From Octopus bimaculoides (Eukaryota), in NCBI RefSeq assembly GCF_001194135.2, contig NC_068987.1, positions 85,223,195 to 85,287,194 on the forward strand: DNA of 64,000 nt. Reading direction: 5' to 3'. The stretch's first letter is position 1. Each line of letters opens with the position of its first letter. A model generated the notes under the pieces. That model was not told the origin of the DNA, ran no database searches, and saw only the letters and a list, made by a program, of their open reading frames with translations. Both the position numbers and the translations under genes were made by a program. This document shows positions 36,129 to 47,230 of this stretch, one piece after another.

Positions 36129-37084
36129 CACCATCATCATCATCATTGCATGACATCTCTTGATGCTACGAACGAACTAGAATATGAAGTCTGTGAAACC
36201 AGAAGCAACAGGAAAATATTTGTCAAGAATTTTTTGTTTCATTTTAATAAAAACATAAGTTAAAAACTGAAATCTCCTTTACAATATTTTACATAAAAAG
36301 AAATACATTAAAAGGACATATGACCTCAAACAGAGACACAAACAACAGTAATGAAGATGTATAAAAACGTAAAAATGACAGCAAAAACGCTAGAGAGAGT
36401 ATAAAGTCTGGAAACAAACAAGAATGAAAGGAATGGAGAAAGAAATACAAAAAAGAAAAAAATGCGTATGGGAGAATAAAGAAAGAAAAGGTGAAATAAA
36501 CATAAAAAACAAAAAGTTTACAAAATGTCTGCTCTATAATGATAGCTGGGAGACAGAAAATGCACAAGATGGAAGTGGAGGATGAAAAGGATGAGGAGGA
36601 AGCTGGGGAAACATTACAAATAGAACATACGGGCATTCTGATTGCACATATGAGAGTACCTGAAGGAGGTTGAATGATGATGGTTTTGGTGGTGAGCGTA
36701 ATGAAGTTCGACTAGAGAGGTACGGTGGGAACGCATTGTTAATTTCCCATGAGGGTTTAAAGTTCCGCCAAAAAAAAAAAGAAATAATGAATGAAATATA
36801 AAGATACAAAAAAAAATACATTGTAAAAATAAGCAAAGAAGCCCACATTCCCTAAAAAAAATGTGAACTATATAGTGATGTATGTTGGGTAAGATGTAAA
36901 GTTTGTTCGGTGGGTAAAGGGAGCGGGTTAGGTAAGGGGAATGGAGGGGCCTAGGTGGATATAGGCAGGTAAGGTGAGGAAATAAAACGGAATTGGCAAG
37001 TAGAAAAATGGGGAAATACAAAAACAAAACAAAAAAGAAAAAGAAGTTTGGAAGATGCTTTTTTGGGGCGTTGAAATATTTCCG

Positions 37085-37282
37085 GGGAATAATAATAATA
37101 ATAATAACAGCAACAACAACAACAACAACAAGAATAGTGGTGGTGGTGGTGGTGGTGATGATGATAATGATGATGATGATGATGATGATTTCATTTGCCA
37201 CAAGGGCATCAGATGGAGGATAACAACAGCAATAGTAGTATTGATAATAATGGTGATGATGATGATGATGATGATGCTCATG

Positions 37283-37313
<31 letters not shown>

Positions 37314-37387
37314 TAATAATTTTTTATTTGCCACGGGGACATCAGATGAGGAATAAGAACAACAGCAACGATAACAATAATAATAAT

Positions 37388-37440
<53 letters not shown>

Positions 37441-37465
37441 TAATAATAATAATAATAATAATAAA
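37085..37465. repeat. Compound trinucleotide microsatellite (AAT/AAC/GGT/GAT)n
   Basis: Directly visible. Confidence 0.9.
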
Positions 37466-37736
37466 TACAAGTAAGTAGGAAAAAATAAAGCAACGAAAGA
37501 AGAGATGTAAGACAAAGAAAGATTGAGAGGGAGAAAAAAAAGAAGGGACAGAGGGATATGGGGAGGGGCGTATAAAGAGGAGAATGAATGAATGAATGAG
37601 AGGGAGACAAAAAGAGGCGGGTAAACTGGAAGCGGAACACGAAGACAGGTAAGGGGACCTTTCTAAGAACAAAACTGATGCCTGCGTTGGTGGTATTGAC
37701 TTGTTTCTTTTTCTGAAATTAGGGCAGACGCAGTGA

Positions 37737-37791
<55 letters not shown>

Positions 37792-37869
37792 GGTGGTAGC
37801 AACAGCAGCAGCAGCATCAGTAGTAGTAGTAGTAGTAGCAGCAGCAGCAGTAGTAGTGGTAGTAGTACT

Positions 37870-38115
37870 ACAGCCCGGACCGGGCTGCGTGTTGGGTTCT
37901 TGAGCAAGATACTTTATTTCACGTTGCTCCAGTTCACTCAGCTGTAGAAATGAGTTGCGACGTCACTGGTGCCTGTCTTTCCCTTGGATAACACTGGTGG
38001 CGTGGAGAAGGGAGGCGACTGCTGGTCTTCCATAAACAACCTTGCCCGGACTTGTGCCTGGGAGGGTAACTTTCTAGGTGCAATCCCATGGCCAGTCATG
38101 ACCGAAGGGAGCCTC
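37870..38115 (+). mobile_element. SINE family D (CORE-like central segment shared with the family C head region, different 3' half)
   Basis: gtgttgggttcttgagcaagatactttatttcacgttgctccagttcactcagctg matches the reverse complement of 12826-12880 (ccttgagcaagacactttatttcccgctgctccagtccactcagctg); the 3' part is different. Confidence 0.65.
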
Positions 38116-38482
38116 CGATATATACATACATGCATACATACATACATACATACATACATACATACATGTATGTGTGTGTGTATGTATATGTGTGTGTGAA
38201 TGTATGCATGTATGTAAGTATGTGTACGCATGCACACAAATATTCATTGATACTATTTATAAACTGAAGAATGGTTTTCAATTGGATATACGTGTGTGCA
38301 TGTGTGTGTTTGTAAATATACATACACACATATGTATGTGTGTGTATGTATGTGTGTGTGTGTGTGTGTGGGGATGTGTGTATATAAATACACGAGGAAA
38401 ATGTAATGAATTACAAAAAAGCACAAAATGAATAAAGCTTCAATGACTTGTCAGATGAACGTTGTCATGGAAACGGAAAATA

Positions 38483-38516
38483 CATTAACGTTTCGGACAT
38501 TCGTCCTTTTCAGAAG
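38483..38516 (-). ncRNA. Degenerate minimal hammerhead-like motif
   Basis: Minus strand UU-CUGAAAA-GGAC-GAAU-GUCC-GAAA-CG-UU-AA: perfect 4-bp stem II; G8 is A; stem I only 2 bp. Confidence 0.4.
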
Positions 38517-39086
38517 AAAGAAAGGATTGCATACATACATGCATACATTTGTGTGTGTATGTGTGTGTACGTGTGTATGTGCGTGTGTGTACGTGTGCGT
38601 GCGTGTGTGTGGGTGCTGTGAGATGAAAGAGAGAAAAGAAGAAAGCGGGTGAAATGTTAGAAAGAAAGTGGGAATGGGGGTGGGTTTTATGTAGATGAGT
38701 TAAGGATGGGTTAAGGGGTAAGCAGAAGTCTAAGGGAGTGTTAATGCAGTGTATATATGTGTATAGAGGTGTGTAAGTATGGGTGTATACTTGAGTTGGT
38801 TAGTAGGGGTGAGTAGTGTTGGCAAGAGCGTGTAATTGTTTGGCGGGTGTTGTAAATATGAGGGTGTAAGGAGTTCAGAGCGGATACAAATTTGCGATTA
38901 AGGCTGTAGGTGATACAAATGGGAAAGGGAGAACAATGCGGAAGGGGCCACTGATATGCGTGTGGATGTGTAAGAAAAAGTACATAGGAGTGTAAAATAT
39001 GTAACAAATGTTCCTAGGCGTGTAAAATTGTTTTAAAAGATGCAGACTGTAAAGAATGTAAAAAAAAAAAAAATTGCTAAAAATTG

Positions 39087-39248
39087 GCGCAGGAGTGGCT
39101 GTGTGGTATGTAGCTTGCTTACCAACCATATGGCTCCCAGTTCAGTCCCTGTGCGTGGCATCTTGGGCAAGTGTCTTTTGCTATAGACTCGGGCCGACCG
39201 AAGCCTTGTGAGTGGATTTGGTAGACGGAAACTGAAAGAAGCCCATCG

Positions 39249-39296
<48 letters not shown>

Positions 39297-39492
39297 NNNN
39301 NNNNNNNNNNNNNNNNNNNNNNNNNNNNNNNNNNNNNNNNNNNNNNNNNNGTGTGTTTGTTTGTGTGTCTGTCTTTGTTCCCCCAACTTCGCTTGACAAC
39401 TGATGCGGTTCGGCAAAAGCGCCCGATAGAATAAGTACTGAAAGCGGCGCTCCAGCATAGCTCCAGTCAAATGACTGAAACAAGTAAAAGAA
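39087..39492 (+). mobile_element. SINE family A, full-length ends with internal deletions and a small gap
   Basis: ggcgcaggagtggctgtgtggtatgtagc head, central microsatellite, gcggcgctccagcatagctccagtcaaatgactgaaacaagtaaaag tail. Confidence 0.9.
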
Positions 39493-41099
39493 TGAAAGAA
39501 CATTGGGAAAAGGTCTAAGGAGTTTTGTAGAGTGGCTAATGGACTGTAGGAAACTGGGGAAATCCACGAAGGGGATGAAATTACAGCAATGAAGACTCTG
39601 GTAAAATTTATGAATAAATAACTGTGATGAGCAGGTGATAAATCTGGTGCAAAAATAAAATGGCGGTGACAATCGAATTTTGCGTCTTGTGAGAGAAGAG
39701 TGGATAGTAGAGGGAGGAAATGTGTGAGAAAGATGTTGGCATTGTAAAAGAAACAGGAGTGGTCAAGCAGGAATGACAAATGGGAGGGAGAAGATAATTC
39801 AAAGCTGTCAACAGAGGTGGCCAGTTAAATGACACTTCGATTAGAAAACTGGAATATAATTATTGCAGAAGAATAACACAGTTACAAGAAATCAAGAATA
39901 TATCTTTAATCTTTATATAGTGGAGCCATTGCTGTTCTCGTTTCTGTTATTATTGCAGTTTTTGTTCAAACCCAGATCAGCACCTATATGGCAGATCGAT
40001 GATAAAGACTGCATCCTCGATATATCTTGCCCGTTTACATTTTAATTGGTCAGTGCCTACTTTGTTTAATATACCCTTCTCGTTTTAAGACAATAGAACG
40101 TAAGTTGAAGATTTGGCTACTATTTCTAGCAAATGGAATGACTATATAGTAGATTACTCGTAGGCTGGAATCTTGTATTAGGTTTTATTCTGTTGCTATT
40201 GTTTAGCAACATATCAGCTCTGATGTGGCGAAAAGACCTACCAATACATGCATTACGTCTGTAATCTCGTCTTTTTTTGTCCAAACATGGGGCATCTGGA
40301 ACGGCATTATACAATATATCGTTTTATTTCTAAAATTTGAGGAAGATTTAACCACTCTTTCTAATTGGTCAGTCGACCACGTAGAGACTTCTTTGTTGGC
40401 TGATATATTCATAGTTAGATATCGTAGACACACGGAATCCGGCGACGGAAAATACTATGAGGTCATGTGCAATTTTAGACAAATGTTTTCACCGGTAATT
40501 TCAATCCTCACGACTTCATAACTGCCACAAGGTTTTCTGATTTATTTCCACAATATTCAATTGGCAATACCGTTTATCTTTCTTTCCTTTCTTCAACGAA
40601 GGCCACACACTTTTATAGAAGCCAAATGATATCGTGGTGTCATCTATGCTGTAATCAAAACCATGAAGAAATTCCAGCTTGGAATTGAAACCGATTATAA
40701 TAATAATAATAATGACTATGGCACCAGGCCAGAATCTGCAGAAGGCGTCTCAGATCGAATGAATTTTTTAGACCCTTTGCCTTTCGAAAGTATTTTCATA
40801 CGTTTTCCCAAAACGTCCTTGCTTATTTGCAGACTTTTAGTTAGTCCTTGTTCTGGGTAATATAAAGCTTTTCTTTCATAATTCACAAATTACTCGGTGG
40901 CTGTAAAAATGTATATCATATACGATGCATAGACCCTCGAGAAAATATGTACTGTATGTCATGTGCGAGACACAGGACGAACAAATGTTCAATATTTATT
41001 TTATGGACGGGGGTGGCTTGAAAATAAAGTTGAATGCACACACACATACACACACATCCACACATACACACACACATACATACCCGCATATATATGTGG

Positions 41100-41340
41100 G
41101 ATTCTTAGTGTCTATGCGTGTATTTGTTTTTGAGTTTATCACCCCACTCCTTCACAACCGTTGTTGGTTTGTTTTCGTCCCTGTACTCTAGCGGCTTTAA
41201 AAAAAAAGGGGGACACCTAGAGAATATGCAGCAGATTTGAGAATAAGTATTGAAGTCGACTGGTTCAGCTTAAAATAAAAACGCTTCAAGGCGGTGCTCC
41301 ACCTTGGTTGTAGTCCAACGACGGGAACAAGTGAAAGACA
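41100..41340 (+). mobile_element. SINE family A, 3' half, old
   Basis: cacaaccgttgttggtttgttttcgtccctgtactctagcggc...ttcaaggcggtgctccacc...gaacaagtgaaag. Confidence 0.65.
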
Positions 41341-41569
41341 CGTTATTAATTATTTATCGTGATGCTCAACCGTTTCTATTGCTTCAGTCGCATGGTTTGC
41401 ATTATGACGTAAGATAACGAGGATAAGTTCAGCATACAACATCTTTTCATTCACATACTTAAACAAAGAGCAACATTCCTCCGGCTATAATTATGAGTGA
41501 ATATTTTAAAACAAAGAATGAAATGTTACGTAAGATTCTAAGAATACCTCTAGCACACTTAAAACATTT

Positions 41570-41571
41570 AG

Positions 41572-41629
<58 letters not shown>

Positions 41630-41630
41630 G

Positions 41631-41671
<41 letters not shown>

Positions 41672-41741
41672 GGGATGATGATGGGGATGATGATGGGGAT
41701 GATGATGATGATGGTGATGATGATGATGATGGTAGTGGTGG

Positions 41742-41772
<31 letters not shown>

Positions 41773-41786
41773 GATGGTAGTGGTGG

Positions 41787-41832
<46 letters not shown>

Positions 41833-41837
41833 GGTGG

Positions 41838-41875
<38 letters not shown>

Positions 41876-41911
41876 GTGGTGGTGATGATGATGATGAGGA
41901 GGAGGAGGATG

Positions 41912-41947
<36 letters not shown>

Positions 41948-41972
41948 GTGATGATGGTGATGATGATGATGA
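41570..41972. repeat. About 400-bp compound trinucleotide microsatellite (AAT)n-(GAT/GGT/GGG/GAG)n
   Basis: Directly visible. Confidence 0.95.
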
Positions 41973-42115
41973 TAGCAACAACAAACAGCAAGAACAATAC
42001 TAGAATCCATATGTCGAGTGTGATATTTAATTTAGGAAAATTTTCACGACGCGCATGCTTACAAATAAAACATAATAAAAATAAACATATAAATGAATAC
42101 ACGAATAAAACGATA

Positions 42116-42184
<69 letters not shown>

Positions 42185-43035
42185 GTACGTACGCACACTC
42201 ACACACATGCATGCATATACACATGCACACGTATGCACTCAAACGCAAACGTGCGTACGAAATCACAAGGACGGATATGGCGGATGTCTTCTTCCTGACA
42301 TATTTACTTGCAATCCAAGTTGCCAGAAATATTTTCGCTATTAAAGAGCTCGGTTACAATAGAGAATCCAGACTGGTCAAAGCGAAATTCGTTCCTCCAA
42401 ATACTTTTCCCTTCATTCGCTTCCTTATTTTACCACGTTGCACTCGGTTCTCATAGACTTAACTATACCCCGACACTGCAAACACTCTTACTTCTACGCC
42501 GGTCTTAATTCCAGTAATAAAGTAACTTTCTCACCTTCCACGCCGAGATGTCAGCCAATCCAATATCTTCCAGTCTCATCTGTACACATTTTTCTTTTTG
42601 TTTTTTTACTTTGCTTTCCATCTTTATATTTTTCATTTCTTTTTTTTTTTTCATTACTTTTCTTGCAGTAGCCATTGTTAAGTATTTCTATCTATCCTAT
42701 TTCTTTTGCACATATCCAAAGCTTGTTTCATGAGCATCTATTCTTTAATACATACATACATACTCATATACATACATACATATATGAATATATATANNNN
42801 NNNNNNNNNNNNNNNNNNNNNNNNNNNNNNNNNNNNNNNNNNNNNNNNNNNNNNNNNNNNNNNNNNNNNNNNNNNNNNNNNNNNNNNNNNNNNNNNNNNN
42901 NNNNNNNNNNNNNNNNNNNNNNNNNNNNNNNNNNNNNNNNNNNNNNNNNNNNNNNNNNNNNNNNNNNNNNNNNNNNNNNNNNNNNNNNNNNNNNNNNNNN
43001 NNNNNNNNNNNNNNNNNNNNNNNNNNNNNNNNNNN

Positions 43036-43068
<33 letters not shown>

Positions 43069-44658
43069 TTTTTACATTAGTTTCACACAAAATTCATTGC
43101 ATTAATTTGTTAAACTCGAGTTATCCTCCACTGCCCACCAGGAAAGACACGACTGCAGTTCATTAGTTAGCAGAACTAATGATAGCGATAATAATGATGA
43201 TGATGATGATTATAACAACAACAACAACAACAACACCAACAACACCAACAACAACAATAATAATTGATGAAGATTGCCGTACTAGACGAAGGTAAATATA
43301 GAATAAGAACGTGATACGATTTGTAAAAATTGTATCGGGTTCTTTTCATTGCGCATTTACCTTAATAATAACAAGAATAATGATGATGATAATGATGATG
43401 GTGATGATGAGGATGTTGATTGTCTGAAAACAAAATATGGCTGATACCTATGCTGTTTGTTCTCTGTCGCCCTTTAAATGTCGTTAACTTTACATTTATA
43501 TAGAATTCGTTCATAGCATTCGTTCACTCTTCTCTGGATACTAGAGGCAACGGTATTTCCCAGTTCGTGAGCCAATTATTCTTCCTTCATTTCTTAGTCT
43601 TTTATTCTGATTTTCTCACCATATTCCTCCTCTCTTCTTTCTGCACGATCCCCTCATACTTACTCCGTCGCAGTTTTCGTTCGACACAGAATCTAATTCA
43701 CATCCAACGTATATCTTGGTTGGCTAATAGGTGCAGCTAAGCAAACGACGGTAATGAACATTACATAATTTCAAGTAAAAAGCAGCCCTCTTCTATGAAT
43801 GGTGGAAAATAATATCCACACTTACACACATAACCATACACATATAAAAATACAAATCATAATCGGTATCATTCAGTATAAAATAATGTATCCCTAAACA
43901 TATATATAAAACATCCGATGATATATTTTACCCTCTGGAGATATTATGCTTAGGGCACATATGAATTTAATGATTAATTAAACACTGAGTGTAAATTGAA
44001 ACAGCTGTAAGGGAGGATGATTGATTTGTTGTTAATAATAAAAGATTATTAACTTCCTAATCGCCATTTTCTTTTCCTCTTATATATATATATATATATA
44101 TATATATNNNNNNNNNNNNNNNNNNNNNNNNNNNNNNNNNNNNNNNNNNNNNNNNNNNNNNNNNNNNNNNNNNNNNNNNNNNNNNNNNNNNNNNNNNNNN
44201 NNNNNNNNNNNNNNNNNNNNNNNNNNNNNNNNNNNNNNNNNNNNNNNNNNNNNNNNNNNNNNNNNNNNNNNNNNNNNNNNNNNNNNNNNNNNNNNNNNNN
44301 NNNNNNNNNNNNNNNNNNNNNNNNNNNNNNNNNNNNNNNNNNNNNNNNNNNNNNNNNNNNNNNNNNNNNNNNNNNNNNNNNNNNNNNNNNNNNNNNNNNN
44401 NNNNNNNNNNNNNNNNNNNNNNNNNNNNNNNNNNNNNNNNNNNNNNNNNNNNNNNNNNNNNNNNNNNNNNNNNNNNNNNNNNNNNNNNNNNNNNNNNNNN
44501 NNNNNNNNNNNNNNNNNNNNNNNNNNNNNNNNNNNNNNNNNNNNNNNNNNNNNNNNNNNNNNNNNNNNNNNNNNNNNNNNNNNNNNNNNNNNNNNNNNNN
44601 NNNNNNNNAATTACTATTTGTAAATCTTACAACGAGAGATTTTCAGCAACAGTACTTT

Positions 44659-44985
44659 GGAGTAAAGATTGTTTGCCCATATAGCAAGACAGTCTTGGTT
44701 TAGGACGAATGTTGCTGTACTTTAGCCCCAGGAGACATCGTTTCCAGCTGTCTATACGACACGATCTGTGTCCTTATATTTTCGAACAAGAGAATCTAGC
44801 AACCGGAAATCAAGATACACAGATATTGTTTTGAGCTGAGTGGGGTATTAGATTCCCTTGTTCGAAAATATAAGGGCACAGATTGTGTCATGTAGTCAGC
44901 TGGAGACGATGTCACCTGGGGCTAAATTACATTCGTCCTAAACCAGGACTGCCACGTTATACTGGCAAATTACTTTTACTACATA
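44659..44985. mobile_element. Fold-back (palindromic) MITE-like element
   Basis: Arms 44688-44798 and 44849-44953 are reverse complements (about 10 substitutions and one 6-nt indel, by eye) around a 50-nt loop; weaker complementarity extends about 30 nt further out. Confidence 0.85.
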
Positions 44986-45494
44986 CAACCACTAAGTTAT
45001 TGGGATGTAAATAAACCAACGCTGGTTGTCAAGCGGTGACAGGAGACAATACAAACAGCAAAACCCACGCATACACACAAATAAGCACACACACACGCAC
45101 ACAAACAGAATACCCATACAAAGACATATATACATATATATATACACATACACAATCATAGCGTTTAGCAGACATGCCTTCTACAGAATGCATAAACAAG
45201 TTTGAAGCACCAAAAGATATCTGCACAGATAAAAATGGAGATAATAAGGAGTGTCTATTTACTTTTGAAATGTTTGTGTATATACAAATTGAAGCAAAGG
45301 CTGCCTGAAAACCGATCCTCGATTGAACCTCTTTTACTCACTCCGCTAATACCTTCGCTAATAGATATCTCTCATCAGGAAACACGAAGACCACTGACTT
45401 TATTTTGCCGAGGCGTGGGTGTAGAATCTAATTTATTAGATGCATTATATCTCATAATCTATTACATTTATAATGTATATAAATCGTCCCACAG

Positions 45495-45546
45495 GTATTC
45501 AGCAATGATCAAACATTTTGTGCACAAAGATGTTTATGATGCTCAG
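45495..45546 (+). CDS. Candidate 52-nt internal exon: (R)YSAMIKHFVHKDVYDAQ
   Basis: Acceptor tcgtcccacAG and donor CAG|GTATGT; only the phase-2-in/phase-0-out frame is open. No homolog recognised. Confidence 0.3.
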
Positions 45547-46052
45547 GTATGTGTGTAGATTCAATTATGTATTTATTTACGAAGACATCATAGAATTTAT
45601 TGATCCGATTATAGCCATACAGCACAATTATTAATCGATCTCAATCAATATTTTATACATGCTTGGATATATGAAAGTACTGATATCGTAATTGCTATTA
45701 TAAATACACTGTGGTATTTGAGATTTGTCTTTAATGATCCGGTTTCGAAATCTGTCGGAACTTTTTTTTCATTTTTCAGCCACCAACACCTATTCAAATT
45801 TATAGATCAGATTATCTCCTTCAAAATGTAATCTTAAAATCCTGAAATAAATTTTAAACTATTTTATATGACCTACTTCTACGTAGATACCAAAACGAAC
45901 GTTTAACATGAGGCAACGTTAAGTGCCGCTACATGATCGTTCCACCGGCTAAAATTAACGACCAAATCTTCTATGAATCACACCCCATCGAGTTAAAAAC
46001 GGATCCATTAGATATCGTGGGCCAATATACACAATGTTTAAATAAAAATGAA

Positions 46053-46325
46053 AGTGCGTGGTTTAGCAGTTAAGATATTCAACTCACGATTGTAAGTTGG
46101 TGAGTTCGATTCCCGGCGGGCGTTGTTTCTTAGGGCAAACTCAGCTGGCAAAGACGAGTCACAGAGAGCCAGCCTTGTGACATCCTGCAATACACTGAAT
46201 CTCCCTGAGAACTACGTTAAAAGTATGCTTGTTTGTGGAGCCCTCGGCCACTTGCACGTTAATTTTCGAGCAGGCTGTTCCGTTGATTGGATCAACTGGA
46301 ACCCACGTCGTCATAATTGACGGAA
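46053..46325 (+). mobile_element. SINE family C, internally deleted
   Basis: gcgtggtttagcagttaag...gagttcgattcccggcggg (A/B boxes)...ctccctgagaactacgttaa...gcaggctgttccgttgattggatcaactggaaccc. Confidence 0.85.
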
Positions 46326-46572
46326 GGTTAGTTTATTTAAATAAAAGACAGCATGATTACGGATGGAAATTTGTTTTGTTCATGGCTTAGACGGGGACCG
46401 ATTTGAGGCTTATCACCAACACAAAATCATATTTCAATGATTCTCAATGGATGTGACACAACGCACTCATACACCGAAAGGGTATCTCGCTGCGACGAGG
46501 ACTTTTAAAACTACGATCTAAATGCAAACTGTGCTTTTTGAAAGACAAGTTGGATTAATAAAACGAGACGAC

Positions 46573-47230
46573 AGTGAGCTGACAGAAACGTTATCTGCTG
46601 TTACGTTCTAGGTTCAAATTCTGCCGCGGTCGGCTTTGCCTTTCATCCTTCCGGGGTCGATTAAATACCGTAAATCCTCGAGTATATTCCACTCTTGAGT
46701 ATAATACGCAGGGGATTTTTAGGGGAGTGTACCTCTGAAAAACCTAAACTATGTGTATAATACGCACCCCTTCTCTAACTTGAGTCAAGGAGGTCTATAT
46801 AACGTCCTTGGTTTGTAAACATATATACGGTAACGTCCTTTATTATTATTATTGTATATATAACATAATGCAAACTTGTAGCTTTTTTGTGCACTTTGCA
46901 GAAAATAAAGAAAGAACATTAATAACGTCAGTGAAAAATAAATATAGCTTAAGGTATTTTCGCGCCTGACATCACAAAATGCATCTGAATAAACATTGCC
47001 GGACAGCAAATAGAGACTCGGACATTGCTTAGGAAATATTTTTCATTTTGAACCTCGTTATAGTACGCACTAGGGATTTTGACCTTTAAACTTTGGGGAA
47101 AAAATGCGGATTATATTCGAGGATTTACGGTAAGTACCAGTTACGCACTGGGGTCGATCTAATCGATTTAATCCCCGTGTTTGTCCTATGTATGTTTAGC
47201 CCCTCCTCCAGTGGGCAATAAAGAAATAAA
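46573..47230 (+). mobile_element. SINE family B (tail type 2) split by a MITE: 46573-46667 and 47131-47230
   Basis: ...ccggggtcgattaaaTA | insert | TAagtaccagttacgcactggggtcgatc... restores the family B consensus. Confidence 0.9.
46668..47130. mobile_element. 463-bp Tc1/mariner-superfamily (pogo/Tigger-type) MITE with a TA target-site duplication
   Basis: TA|CCGTAAATCCTCGAGTATA ... TATATTCGAGGATTTACGG|TA: 19-bp TIRs with 1 mismatch; no transposase ORF inside. Confidence 0.92.

Noticed and set aside
40203-40521. Overlapping ORFs of about 100 codons (plus) and 62-76 codons (minus)
   Set aside because: No recognisable motif and weak splice signals. The segment shares short motifs (tttggctgctatttctagc-like, tcgaccacgtagag) with other old repeat fragments near 2985, 8355, 40110 and 61680, and the length is within chance expectation.
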